Positions 49,246 through 58,735 of a stretch of 64,000 nucleotides of DNA are shown piece after piece. Origin of the DNA: Candidatus Sericytochromatia bacterium (GTDB taxonomy: Bacteria > Cyanobacteriota > Sericytochromatia > S15B-MN24 > JAQBPE01); contig JBBAPZ010000017.1 in assembly GCA_040400605.1 (NCBI GenBank), positions 2,903-66,902 of the forward strand, read 5' to 3'. The position numbers and the translations under genes were made by a program. Position 1 is the first letter of the stretch; each line of letters begins with the position of its first letter. The notes under the pieces are model-generated. The model was not told the DNA's origin. It saw only the letters and a list, made by a program, of their open reading frames with translations, and did no database searches.

Positions 49246-49535
49246 ATAAAACATGTATTACAAAACTGCGGGCAATCTGTCAACAAAAATTTTTCTGTCC
49301 TTCACACCTTTGCGTAAGGGACGCGGTTGGATGGATCGGCGATAGCCCGATTACCGACCGGCATGTTTCATTCTCGTCATCTCACAATGTGCAGTTCTCG
49401 CACAATGCGGGACAAACAAGCAACCAGGCCGACCCCCGAATCCCATCGGATTGACAAAGCAGGCATCGGCCGTTTCGCCAACAATCGGACACGTGACGGT
49501 CTGACAATGCCTCCAGTTGACTGATTGATATTTAT

Positions 49536-49560
49536 TGAAATAATATTGCTTTATTATGGA
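49536..49560. promoter_or_regulatory. second related box GAAATAATATTGCTTTATTATGG; candidate metalloregulator site upstream of the L33 paralogue/ZIP
   Basis: Shares the GCAATATTATT core (as reverse complement) with the 49231 palindrome. About 195 bp upstream of rpmG2. Confidence 0.4.
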
Positions 49561-49754
49561 AACATAAGTGTTCAGGGTTACCGAAAAGTTACCCGTTGAA
49601 ACGGATCCGGCTGCGGGGTTGAGGGCTGGCAAACTTGCTCGGCTGGTGGTTTTGGGTGAACGCCGCTCGAACGATGCAGCCATCCTGTGCCAGCAAAACC
49701 GTTGCCAATCGTCATCCCAGTCATGCCAACCCGCACATTCAGAAAGCGATCATC

Positions 49755-49901
49755 ATGCGCATCATCATCAAACTCAAGAGCACGGAAAGTTCTCACCACT
49801 ACGTCACCACAAAAAACAAGAAGAACAACCCGGAACGTCTTGAGCTTCGCAAATACGATCCCATCCTGCGCCGCCACGCGCTATACAAGGAATCCAAATA
49901 A
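49755..49901 (+). CDS. rpmG2: 50S ribosomal protein L33 paralogue lacking the Zn-ribbon cysteines (C- form)
   Basis: [48 protein letters not shown] aligns with E. coli L33 (...[45 protein letters not shown]). The CxxC positions are replaced by S/H. In the track it is hidden inside a longer spurious ORF (49635-49901). Confidence 0.7.
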   Translation: MRIIIKLKSTESSHHYVTTKNKKNNPERLELRKYDPILRRHALYKESK

Positions 49902-49945
49902 CGGTCGCCTAAACGTCAGACCCGACATACACAGGAGCGCGCATC

Positions 49946-50815
49946 GTGAATGTGATCATCTTCGGCTTCGTCTGTGCCAGCATCATGGTCGGCGGGGGTT
50001 ACTGGGTGGCGACACGCTCGCCTGCCTGGTTATCGGGACACAGGCTCGGGCTGTTGATGGCCGTCGGCAGTGCCTTGTTACTCACCACCTTGTGTCTTGA
50101 GATGCTGCCGACGGCCAGCGAGGTGCTCGGGCACCAGGCATTTGTCTGGGTTCTGGTCGGGATCGTCGCGGTCGTGTTGCTGGAACAGCACCTGGCCCCC
50201 CGGCTCGACAGATGGCTCACACAGCAGCCGGCAGACGAGTTCAGCATGGCAGAAGCCCATCACCATGGTCGTCACCATGATCACGATGCGTGCGATCACG
50301 CAACGGAAGCCTGTTCCACTCACCGTATTGACCCAATGAGCCACATCCACGCACTGCACCACCATGGCCATCTTCACCATGGCACCGCCTGCACCGCAGT
50401 GGGTTGTCTCGTCGTATGTACCTTTTTCGACGGACTGAGTCTGGCTGCCGGTTTCTCAACCAGTGCCCATTTGGGTATCGTGCTGAGCATCGGACTGCTC
50501 TTGCACCTCTTGCCGGAAGGACTCGTCGCAGCAAGTATTCTGCTCGCAGCTGGCGCCCGGCGTGCGACGGCACAAGGTGCAGCCATCGTCATCGGACTCG
50601 CACTGCTGGCAGGCATCGGAACCGCAAAAACGCTCGGCGTCGCCATCGGCGCCTCCGCAGTCGTGCTGGCCCTGGCATCAGGGGTCATCGCCTATGTTGC
50701 GCTCGGGCAGTTGTTGCCCCTCGTGATGCGCACACCAGGCGGACTACGGCTAATGCTCGCCACCATCGGCATCCTGGCACTCCTGGAAACCACCTGGCCT
50801 CACAGCCACCACTGA
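49946..50815 (+). CDS. ZIP-family zinc transporter (ZupT-like) with His-rich loop
   Basis: About 8 TM segments. His-rich cytoplasmic loop (HHHGRHHDHDACDH...HALHHHGHLHHG). ZIP signature helices (LLHLLPEG). Confidence 0.8.
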   Translation: MNVIIFGFVCASIMVGGGYWVATRSPAWLSGHRLGLLMAVGSALLLTTLCLEMLPTASEVLGHQAFVWVLVGIVAVVLLEQHLAPRLDRWLTQQPADEFSMAEAHHHGRHHDHDACDHATEACSTHRIDPMSHIHALHHHGHLHHGTACTAVGCLVVCTFFDGLSLAAGFSTSAHLGIVLSIGLLLHLLPEGLVAASILLAAGARRATAQGAAIVIGLALLAGIGTAKTLGVAIGASAVVLALASGVIAYVALGQLLPLVMRTPGGLRLMLATIGILALLETTWPHSHH

Positions 50816-50968
50816 CCCAAACTGTTGGATGAGACAAGCGTTACTCTCTGCACGCCAGTTTGCCACCAACGGCAGCACATAACGGCATACAGGGTAGGTC
50901 CACCATTCCGAGACTCGGGGGCAAAAACGTTTCGCCTGGAATCAAAGGGCATCCAGCCCCGACCATCA

Positions 50969-51070
50969 CGATACAGCAACGCATCGCTTTTTGTTCAAAA
51001 CATCAGGCACTGACGGGTTGTTACTGTATCACAGCCAAAATTTGATTACCAATCAACGCGTTCGAATAAT
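50969..51070 (+). mobile_element. MITE-like repeat family copy E (internal ~25-bp deletion, degenerate 3' end)
   Basis: CGATACAGCAACGCATCGCTTTTTGTTCAAAACATCAGGCACTGACGGGTTGTTACTGTATCACAGCCAAAATTTGATTACCAATCAACGCGTTCG. Confidence 0.6.
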
Positions 51071-51179
51071 AGACACTTTTTTTAAATTGAATTATAAACC
51101 AAAAATTAGGCATAAGTTAACGTCATTTTCGCATCACATCAGTGCATAAGCCGTTAGTGAAATCATCACGAAAGGGTTT

Positions 51180-52430
51180 TTGAGCATGCAGCGTGATTCG
51201 TGGCAACGGGCGATTCAATCCATTCAAGGTTTGAGTTTGTTATTGCTTGTTGGGTGTGGATGGGTGGCGGCCCCATCGCGGACGCCTGTTTTGCTTCAGG
51301 CGCGTCTTGATGGCGGTTTTGAGGCGGAAGCGACCAAAGTTGGTTACCGTGCGTTTATGGGAATTCAGCACACCCACGTGGCGGAGGGTGGCGATGATGG
51401 TCAGGGGACGCTGGCGGAGGCTTATACCTTTGCGCGCGAGCGGGCGCGGCTTGATTTTATGGGGGTTTCTTCGCATTCGCATATGATTTCGGATGCGGGG
51501 TATCGCAATTTGGCGAAGGCTGCGGAGGCGTTTACCGAGCCGGGGCGTTTCGTGGCGTTGGTGGCGCAGGAGTGGAGTTCGATTTCAAAAGGTGGCCATA
51601 TCAACATATTGGAGGCGCGGGAGCGTTGTGGATTGGAAAACGGGGCGTGGGACGATTTTTACAGGCATTGGCTGCCAAATCATCCTGAGGTGGCGGCGGT
51701 GCAGTTCAATCATCCCCATCCAACGAATCCGCTCGAGTTTGGTGGCCTTCGTTTTTCGCCGACGCTGGAGTCGCGGCCATCAGTGGTGGCGCACGACAAA
51801 GTGACGGGAATTGCTTTGTTGAATGGTCCAGGCAAGTATGAGAAGCCGGATATGGCTGGAGAGCCTGAGGAATGGGATCGGGGTGTGAACGGGTTGAATT
51901 ATGAAGCGGAATATTTGGATTTTCTGAATCGCGGATGGCGCATTGGCGCGGTGGCTGATCAAGACAACCATGTGAAGAACTGGGGTTTGGCGTGTCCGAC
52001 GCGAACGGGCGTTTGGGCCAAGTCTTTGAATCGGGGCGAGATTTTGGATGCGTTCCGCGCCCGGCGGACCTTTGCTGCGATCGACCCCAACGTGAAGCTC
52101 TGGTTCGGTATCAATGGGCAAGACATGGGTGCTGAGATACTGGGCACCAAGGAGTTACAGGTTCGGATAGCGGCCAGTGATCCAGATACGGTCATCCAAC
52201 GCTTGGAGTTGTATGGCGATACCGACGGAGTGGGCGGCAAGCCCGCACAGATCATCGCAAGCACAAAAGTCGGCCAAAAAGTGGCACGCTGGGTGTTAAA
52301 TGTTCCTGCTCCTGACGGCGATGCCTATTATTTCGCAAAACTGATTATTAACGACCAGAAAGCCTGGGCGTGGAGCAGCCCAATCTGGATCACCGACAGC
52401 CAAACAAAAGCCAAGCGCCAGCGCCGATAA
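51180..52430 (+). CDS. lipoprotein, PHP/CehA-McbA-like metallohydrolase domain (tentative)
   Basis: Lipobox LLVGCG. GIQHTHV...SSHSH His-rich motifs are reminiscent of PHP-domain metal sites. Confidence 0.45.
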   Translation: MSMQRDSWQRAIQSIQGLSLLLLVGCGWVAAPSRTPVLLQARLDGGFEAEATKVGYRAFMGIQHTHVAEGGDDGQGTLAEAYTFARERARLDFMGVSSHSHMISDAGYRNLAKAAEAFTEPGRFVALVAQEWSSISKGGHINILEARERCGLENGAWDDFYRHWLPNHPEVAAVQFNHPHPTNPLEFGGLRFSPTLESRPSVVAHDKVTGIALLNGPGKYEKPDMAGEPEEWDRGVNGLNYEAEYLDFLNRGWRIGAVADQDNHVKNWGLACPTRTGVWAKSLNRGEILDAFRARRTFAAIDPNVKLWFGINGQDMGAEILGTKELQVRIAASDPDTVIQRLELYGDTDGVGGKPAQIIASTKVGQKVARWVLNVPAPDGDAYYFAKLIINDQKAWAWSSPIWITDSQTKAKRQRR

Positions 52431-52528
52431 TGCGCGCGCGAGGTTTAACACCCAAGATTTCGTTCACCCGTCTCCGGTTTCCTGCTTGCGAAATAAATTA
52501 TATTCTGTTAAAATTGCCTCTACGGTTT

Positions 52529-52601
52529 GGCCTGGTAGCTCAGTTGGTAGAGCATGCGACTGAAAATCGCAGTGTCGGCAGTTCGATTCTGCCCTAGGCC
52601 A
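52529..52601 (+). tRNA. tRNA-Phe (anticodon GAA)
   Basis: Cloverleaf parsed manually: acceptor GGCCTGG/CTAGGCC (one G-U pair), D-arm GCTCAGTTGGTAGAGC, anticodon loop CTGAAAA, T-arm GGCAG-TTCGATT-CTGCC, discriminator A. CCA is not fully encoded. Confidence 0.9.
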
Positions 52602-52605
52602 CCTG

Positions 52606-52645
52606 AAATGAAGCCGGTTTCCAGTTTTGGAAGCTGGCTTCTTTT
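52606..52645 (+). terminator. Rho-independent terminator after tRNA-Phe
   Basis: Hairpin AAGCCGGTTTCCAG...TTGGAAGCTGGCTT followed by CTTTTTTGTTTGG. Confidence 0.7.
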
Positions 52646-53014
52646 TTGTTTGGTTTACCACTGTGGGTACCAGATTAACGAAGATCATTTAAGTGACGTG
52701 TGCAGGATAAGTGACACTTTGAACTAAACTACTCCTGACTCAACTCGTGCCGAAAAGTGAACACCCGGCCTCACAGAGAATGCCGGGTGTCGTGAGGCGA
52801 GCTTACGATGATCAAGGTTGAGGATGGATAAAAGCCTGGTAGCTCCTGGACCCCGAAGCTCCGGGGGGACGCCCTGCCAGTTCAAGTCGAGCAGCGTGTC
52901 AGGCATGCCTGGAACCACGCCGTGGTGAACCGCCCCCCGCGAAGGCGCCCATGCTGTCGTGGAAAATGTCAGGGCCGCCACTGATCCCCTATAGCCTCGC
53001 CCACCACACCAATT

Positions 53015-54298
53015 CTATGGTTTCGGTGAAGGAGACGCTTTCTTGGTGCCGGTGATCCTGAAATCAATGCGTCTAAAAGACAAATTTGACGTGAAGTTGA
53101 CATTCTCTTTCGCAAAGACATCAGTGCCTGAACGGATCACCAACACAATCGAGCAAGCAGGTGGCAACTTCACTTTCCATTTTTTGCTCGCCGCATCAAA
53201 TCCAAGAACACTCCCTTCAATGGGAATAAAACTGTTAAGCTCAGCACTTTTGCTAATCTCATAGCGACAAATTTGCATTTCATCGACTACAAACGCTTCG
53301 TTGGTTACCGAATCCGGCAAAAATTCGATGGTCGTTCCGCTTAACTGTTGCTTGCCGAGTTCTTCAGCGGAACACTCGGCAGCCTGCCCTTCAAAGGGTG
53401 GAAAATCATAGATACTAACCAGATTCGAACCCGACCCCGGCGCATCAGAAGGAGCACCGGGAGCAGGTTCCACGCCACTTGGTGCGCCCGGCGGCAAGGG
53501 TGCAGGTGTGCTGGGCACGGCTGGCGCGCCATCCGGTGGCGCAAACCTTTCTCTTCTGGGTACCAGTACTTCCTCAATACGTACCATCAATCGCCGGATC
53601 CCGGCGGATGCCCCCTCCAAGGTTTCCATTTGCTTGGCAAGGGATGTCTCACTTGAGAAATCTGGCAATTTATCCGATGCCAGACCATTCTCAACCAAAC
53701 CTGCCACTTCCCGAAAAAGTGACATATCCAACGACCCAAAGTCTTTGGCTTCAACCGCTTTTAAGCGGGATAGCAAGCAAGTCGATACAATCGTACCCGC
53801 GGAATTGATGTCAACAACCTCTAACCCCGCTCGCGCTTTGGCTAAACTCTGAAAATAACACGTTTTACCATCACTGGTTTTTAACGTGGTGGTCATCAAG
53901 ACGGTTTCGCCTCTCGGAACCCTGTCAAAACGAAAATTCCCCTTGCTATCCGTGACGACCGTTTTGATGCCAGGCAAAGGTTCGCGTTTAAGATTCGTCA
54001 AAGTGATCGATGCACTGACGACCGGCACCTCATTAATCGCCAATAACCCAAATCTCGCGACCAAATTGCCACCACCCGTCGCAACAAGATTTCCTCCGCC
54101 GGTCGCCACCAAGTTTCCACCACCGGTCGCAACGATACCCCCCGGTGCTTTCAAAACCCCGCCAAGACTACTCGTCGCGACAAACTGATTGTTATCGAGT
54201 TTGATGAATGAAGAAAGCGCTGACTCCGTCACCTTGTTGGTCTCGGATGCACAGGCGTTGAGTAAAAACAACATACACAGTGTGTAATAACGGCGCAC
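53015..54298 (-). CDS. lipoprotein with GGGNLVAT repeats and CarboxypepD_reg-like domain
   Basis: LNAC lipobox, three GGGNLVATGGGNLVAT repeats, a TVVTDSKGNFRFDRVPRGETVL motif, and a Pro-rich linker. Confidence 0.55.
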   Translation of the reverse strand: MRRYYTLCMLFLLNACASETNKVTESALSSFIKLDNNQFVATSSLGGVLKAPGGIVATGGGNLVATGGGNLVATGGGNLVARFGLLAINEVPVVSASITLTNLKREPLPGIKTVVTDSKGNFRFDRVPRGETVLMTTTLKTSDGKTCYFQSLAKARAGLEVVDINSAGTIVSTCLLSRLKAVEAKDFGSLDMSLFREVAGLVENGLASDKLPDFSSETSLAKQMETLEGASAGIRRLMVRIEEVLVPRRERFAPPDGAPAVPSTPAPLPPGAPSGVEPAPGAPSDAPGSGSNLVSIYDFPPFEGQAAECSAEELGKQQLSGTTIEFLPDSVTNEAFVVDEMQICRYEISKSAELNSFIPIEGSVLGFDAASKKWKVKLPPACSIVLVIRSGTDVFAKENVNFTSNLSFRRIDFRITGTKKASPSPKP

Positions 54299-54500
54299 GG
54301 CAATATCCTCGTTGCAGGATTCACGTCATCTCTTACAACATACCCGGGTGAAGAATGTTTATTCAACCACTCAAAGATGAATTGGTTGATGGTTAAATTT
54401 ACCCGAGAGCCAAACAGAAAGCTCTACAATCAGGATTTATAACCATTTTAAAAAATTTCGCTACACATCAGACGATTTTGACGCATTTAAAATTTCAAAG

Positions 54501-54572
54501 TGGGCGGTACGTGATTCGAACACGTGACCCCTTCGGTGTGAACGAAGTGCTCTACCACTGAGCCAACCGCCC
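54501..54572 (-). tRNA. tRNA-Val (anticodon CAC)
   Basis: Reverse complement folds as acceptor GGGCGGT/ACCGCCC, D-arm GCTCAGTGGTAGAGC, anticodon stem CTTCG/CGAAG with loop TTCACAC, T-arm ACGTG-TTCGAAT-CACGT, discriminator A. Confidence 0.9.
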
Positions 54573-54621
54573 GGGAATTTTAGTATAACAGGCAGTATCG
54601 CAAACTTGTCAAGAAAAAGGC

Positions 54622-56010
54622 CTACTTACCCACCTCGATAATCAAACCCTGATAATTGGCACCACCAAACAAAGGCAAATTGGCCAAACTCGGGGACTGC
54701 CACATTGCGAAGAACTGATCCTCATCAAGCTGCTGATAAGGGCCGTCAATGGAGTCATGAAAAATGATCTTGCCACTCAGGTTGTTATAACCCACCACCG
54801 TCACATAGTGCTGCTGAAAGAGATCCTGGTTGAATTCAAGCAACACGATCGGCGGCTTGCCTTGATCGATTAACGATTTGAGAAAACCAAGATTGCCCCC
54901 TCGATACGCCTTGGCCTTTAAACCCTTACTGCCAATGTAACCAACGATATTATTGTGATGAGTCGCCAAATTGAGACGATTCTGCTCCATCACCAACGCC
55001 TGATAATCCTGCTTGACACCCCAATAATTAAGCACGACCGTCGTCACCGCCTGCGCACACGTATTGTCGTTAGCCTGCTTGAAAAACGGCACATCCTTGA
55101 TCACCCGGCTGCCATCCGCGAAACTCATCAACTGTCGCCCACCCGGCAAACTGGCCACCTTGTAAGTAGCCTTTGTGGGATCATAAACACGCCCAACCCC
55201 CGCGCGGGGATTCACCGCCTGATAACTGCTGTTCTTTAAAAAATCCGGCGTATGTGGAACTGTCGGCGCCCCACAACCAGTCAAGAACATCGCACCCATC
55301 ATCGCCATCAAACCCGCCGCCACCATTTTGGACTGAATTTTCAAAGCGTTGCGAATGTCCCACTTGCTGACCATGCCGGCATCTTGCAAAACCTGGCCTA
55401 ACTGACGCCGCGTCAACTTCTGCTCTTCAAGCGCCGCAACCAGTTGCCGTCGGTTCAACCGCTTGGTCGCCACCAGAATCTCACCCAGCAACAAACGCAC
55501 CGCCAGGGGGTCCGAACTCTTGAAATCATCCTGCCAAGCCAATACTGCAGACAGTTCCGATGGATCAAGCAAATTCAACCGCAACAGCACCTCGCCCAAT
55601 TTTTCATTGGTGCGCTTCTGCTCCTCCACCGCCAAACTCAACTGCCGCGGACTCAAACGTTTCGATTTTTTCAGAATATCCCCAAGCCGTTGCTGGACAT
55701 TGTCCGCCTCACCGGTAACGGTGTTACCGGTTTGCTGAGCCAGAATAAAATCCAGCTCCATCGCGCTCAAGTGCCCCAAACGCAACAGAATCGCACCCAG
55801 TTTTTCATTCGTGCGCCGCTTTTCAGCTAACGCTTTCTCCAGATCCGAAGGACTCACCCACTGCTGGGAAATCAAAATCTCCCCCATCAGCTGACTGGTT
55901 GGATTGTGATGCTCAAATAACAGACTCACCGCAACAGCCCCCCGATTGAATCTTGCGAACGCCCCAAGTACAATCCCACCAAATATTGATGATCGCCTCG
56001 CAACAGCCAA
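54622..56010 (-). CDS. three MshEN (T2SS-E N-terminal, c-di-GMP-binding type) domains + TM + C-terminal papain-like (C39-like) peptidase-like domain
   Basis: Six copies of the ~24-aa MshEN motif (e.g. KLGAILLRLGHLSAMELDFILAQQ; KLGEVLLRLNLLDPSELSAVLAWQ). Hydrophobic segment MVAAGLMAMMGAMFLTGC. The C-terminal domain has a Cys (NDNTCAQAV) and a downstream His. The true start may be the internal Met at 55887. Confidence 0.6.
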   Translation of the reverse strand: MAVARRSSIFGGIVLGAFARFNRGAVAVSLLFEHHNPTSQLMGEILISQQWVSPSDLEKALAEKRRTNEKLGAILLRLGHLSAMELDFILAQQTGNTVTGEADNVQQRLGDILKKSKRLSPRQLSLAVEEQKRTNEKLGEVLLRLNLLDPSELSAVLAWQDDFKSSDPLAVRLLLGEILVATKRLNRRQLVAALEEQKLTRRQLGQVLQDAGMVSKWDIRNALKIQSKMVAAGLMAMMGAMFLTGCGAPTVPHTPDFLKNSSYQAVNPRAGVGRVYDPTKATYKVASLPGGRQLMSFADGSRVIKDVPFFKQANDNTCAQAVTTVVLNYWGVKQDYQALVMEQNRLNLATHHNNIVGYIGSKGLKAKAYRGGNLGFLKSLIDQGKPPIVLLEFNQDLFQQHYVTVVGYNNLSGKIIFHDSIDGPYQQLDEDQFFAMWQSPSLANLPLFGGANYQGLIIEVGK

Positions 56011-56017
56011 GCCACGA

Positions 56018-57013
56018 TCACATCACATCCTGCGGCACACACACCGTCACGCCCTGACGCCCATCCACTGTCTTCATACCCCAAGCCCAAGCCATTTTGC
56101 CGTTTTGCGCGCGAAAAATTACAGGCGATCGCCCGCCACCACCCAAAAAGCCAGGCTCCACAGCCACCTCTAAACGTCTATCCTCACCAAAACGCCGAAT
56201 GCGTATCCGATCCTCACTGCCCGTTCTTTCGACAAAACTCAGCAGGCCCTCTGACTCTGACCAAGACACCACAGGCTCCCGCAAACGATTGTTCGATTCC
56301 AGCCAGCGTTCCTCCGGCAACCACTGCCCCTTGGCCCCCATCTCACGCCGGTACAACACACCCGCCCGATGATACACCGCAAGCAAGCCAGTCTCACCCA
56401 CTTCGCCCAAGCTTGGCTCAAACCCAGCCTCGGCAACCTGTGTCACGGCTCCAAACGTCTCACCATCCCCGGAAGATGCAACCACCAACCCCTCACCCAT
56501 GATTTCCGCAAGCAGCCAAAATCGACCGGCGTGACGCGTTAACGCTAAATCCTGGATACCGCCAAAGCCAGCAACCATGCGCGCCCCGTCCCACCACGTC
56601 GCCCCTTTGGGCCACTTGGCATGATACAACTCGAACTGATCCCCGTCACGATTGGAAGCCAGATACAGATGCAATGTTCCAGATGTATCCTCAAGAAAAA
56701 CAGGCGCTTGATCACTTAACCCAGACTGCCCAATCCGCCGCGGCTCCGTCCAGTGACGACCATCTTGTGACACGGCTGAAAATAACTGCCGCGAACCTGA
56801 ACGTGTCCCGACAAACACCACCACCCAACTGCCATCTTGCCTCTGCAACAAAGCAGGCTGCGCACCACCAATACCGCCGACACCGAACGCAACTTGCGCA
56901 TACCCCGCCTGAGTGACCGCCTGAACCGAACCAACCACCGCGGGCAAAGCCCCACACCCGCTCAATACGCCCATTATCAAAAGAGCGACAAACAAAACCC
57001 TCATCCGTCGCAA
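56018..57013 (-). CDS. BNR/sialidase-like beta-propeller lipoprotein
   Basis: LSGCG lipobox. Repeated SxDxGxxW-type motifs (SQDGRHWTEP; SSGDGETFG). Confidence 0.55.
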   Translation of the reverse strand: MRRMRVLFVALLIMGVLSGCGALPAVVGSVQAVTQAGYAQVAFGVGGIGGAQPALLQRQDGSWVVVFVGTRSGSRQLFSAVSQDGRHWTEPRRIGQSGLSDQAPVFLEDTSGTLHLYLASNRDGDQFELYHAKWPKGATWWDGARMVAGFGGIQDLALTRHAGRFWLLAEIMGEGLVVASSGDGETFGAVTQVAEAGFEPSLGEVGETGLLAVYHRAGVLYRREMGAKGQWLPEERWLESNNRLREPVVSWSESEGLLSFVERTGSEDRIRIRRFGEDRRLEVAVEPGFLGGGGRSPVIFRAQNGKMAWAWGMKTVDGRQGVTVCVPQDVM

Positions 57014-57501
57014 CCCCCAACTCGCTGAAATGGACTCCAGGCTCCCCGCACGTTCGCCTGCAAGTCCTCACGACTGTACGCACTGCCAAAAAAGCAATCA
57101 AATACTTCCTTAAACCATCCCAACCCAACAACCAAAGCCACCGCCACACGTTCTTCCAAACGACCGGGCAAAAACGACAAACGACCACCCAGCCAAGCAC
57201 TCAGATAGCCACTCAGAAAAAAATGCTTGGCCTTGTCGCTTCCCGATGGCAAATCCACCAAATAATAAGGATGCTCACTCGCAGCCACGGCCGCAGCCAA
57301 ATAGGCCCGCTCCCGGTTACGTCCGACATCCCCAAAACCAAAAGCCTGACAACTCAATCGCAAGGACTCCCTCACCAGATCAACGGAGCGCAGGCCAGAT
57401 ACTTCACGCGAGGACGCCAATGCATCAACCACCGACCGATAACGTTCATCACGACCCACCACCCGCAAACGCGCCTCAATTCGGTCGTTGATGGCACTCA
57501 C
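57001..57501 (-). CDS. hypothetical protein
   Basis: 166-aa ORF that overlaps the downstream gene start by 13 bp. Confidence 0.4.
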   Translation of the reverse strand: MSAINDRIEARLRVVGRDERYRSVVDALASSREVSGLRSVDLVRESLRLSCQAFGFGDVGRNRERAYLAAAVAASEHPYYLVDLPSGSDKAKHFFLSGYLSAWLGGRLSFLPGRLEERVAVALVVGLGWFKEVFDCFFGSAYSREDLQANVRGAWSPFQRVGGCDG

Positions 57502-57602
57502 GCAAAATCCCTCTCAAATCCGTCGTACCAAGGCTTATCAATGATCCAAACCAACGACTTGCGTCAGCGGGTGTTATCATTATATTAAAATTTGGAGGAA
57601 GC

Positions 57603-58607
57603 ATGCCCAAAGTGCGAGAGATGGGCGAATGGCGTTTGATCGCAGCCTTGCAAACGCGACTGGAATCCCCCGCATCCGACCGCCTTGGTATCGGGGATGA
57701 TACCGCCATCACACATTTACCAGAGGACGTGCAGGTTTTGACCACTGTGGATGCACTGGTTGAAGGTATTCATTTCCGATGCACAACCACTTCACCCGAA
57801 GCATTGGGCTGGAAAGCCCTGATGGTCAGTCTCAGTGACATCGCTGCAATGGGAGGCACCCCTGCCTGGGCAGTCATCAGTCTAGCCGTGCCACCTGAAA
57901 CCGAGGAAGAATGGGTCCTGAAACTCTACGACGGCTTGCGCGACGCCGCGATGGCAGGCGCGTGCCCCTTGGTGGGCGGTGATACCACCGGCTCACGCGG
58001 CACGATCATGCTCAGTCTCACAGTGGTAGGCTACACAAAAAATCCCCTCTACCGCCACACGGTTGTGGCCGGCGATATACTCTTTACAACCGGACCCATG
58101 GGACGCTCGGCTGCGGGACTGTGGTGTCTTGAAAATCCAGACAAAGCCTCGAAATTACCCCTTTCCATTCGCCAACTGGCAATTTCTGCCCATACCCTGC
58201 CACACGCACAACTCCCAGCCGGCAAAGCCTTGGGTGCGTTACCCTTTCGTGTGAGTTTGATGGACAACAGCGACGGGCTTGGCGTGAGCGTGCGGTTGTT
58301 GGCCGAATCATCCAAGACAGGGATGATGCTCACGCTTGATGATTCCAACCTCGACCCGGTCACACAGGCGGTGGCCACGCTGGCCGGTCAATGTCCGTGG
58401 AAGTGGGTGCTCGAAGGCGGCGAGGATTATCATCTCGTGGGCGCTACCGCGCCAGCGCACTGGGATGAATTGTGCCACGCTTTGGCTCAGCAAGGCGTGA
58501 TTGCTCACGTCATCGGACACGCCACCGAACAAATGACACTCACCGTGAGCTTGAACCAACAACCACCACAACCCCTCAGCCAGACACACGGCTACCGGCA
58601 CTTTTAA
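57603..58607 (+). CDS. thiL: thiamine-monophosphate kinase
   Basis: AIR-synthase-related fold with ThiL N-terminal motifs (GIGDDTA...VEGIHF) and the ~330 aa length. Confidence 0.85.
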   Translation: MPKVREMGEWRLIAALQTRLESPASDRLGIGDDTAITHLPEDVQVLTTVDALVEGIHFRCTTTSPEALGWKALMVSLSDIAAMGGTPAWAVISLAVPPETEEEWVLKLYDGLRDAAMAGACPLVGGDTTGSRGTIMLSLTVVGYTKNPLYRHTVVAGDILFTTGPMGRSAAGLWCLENPDKASKLPLSIRQLAISAHTLPHAQLPAGKALGALPFRVSLMDNSDGLGVSVRLLAESSKTGMMLTLDDSNLDPVTQAVATLAGQCPWKWVLEGGEDYHLVGATAPAHWDELCHALAQQGVIAHVIGHATEQMTLTVSLNQQPPQPLSQTHGYRHF

Positions 58608-58735
58608 GAAGACCTTGGCTCAAGGTCCATCACAATCAAAACCAGCCCCAACACTCAGTTGCAGGTGTGAGTAAGTGATGCCGAGATACCAAGGAAACGC
58701 GTGAGTCGCCCTCCGAGCAATATCCCCAGGCAAAC

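Noticed and set aside
52724-52981. 85-aa minus-strand ORF after tRNA-Phe
   Set aside because: Implausible Pro/Gly/Arg-rich translation in a hairpin-rich GC stretch. Treated as non-coding (see the low-interest ncRNA note).
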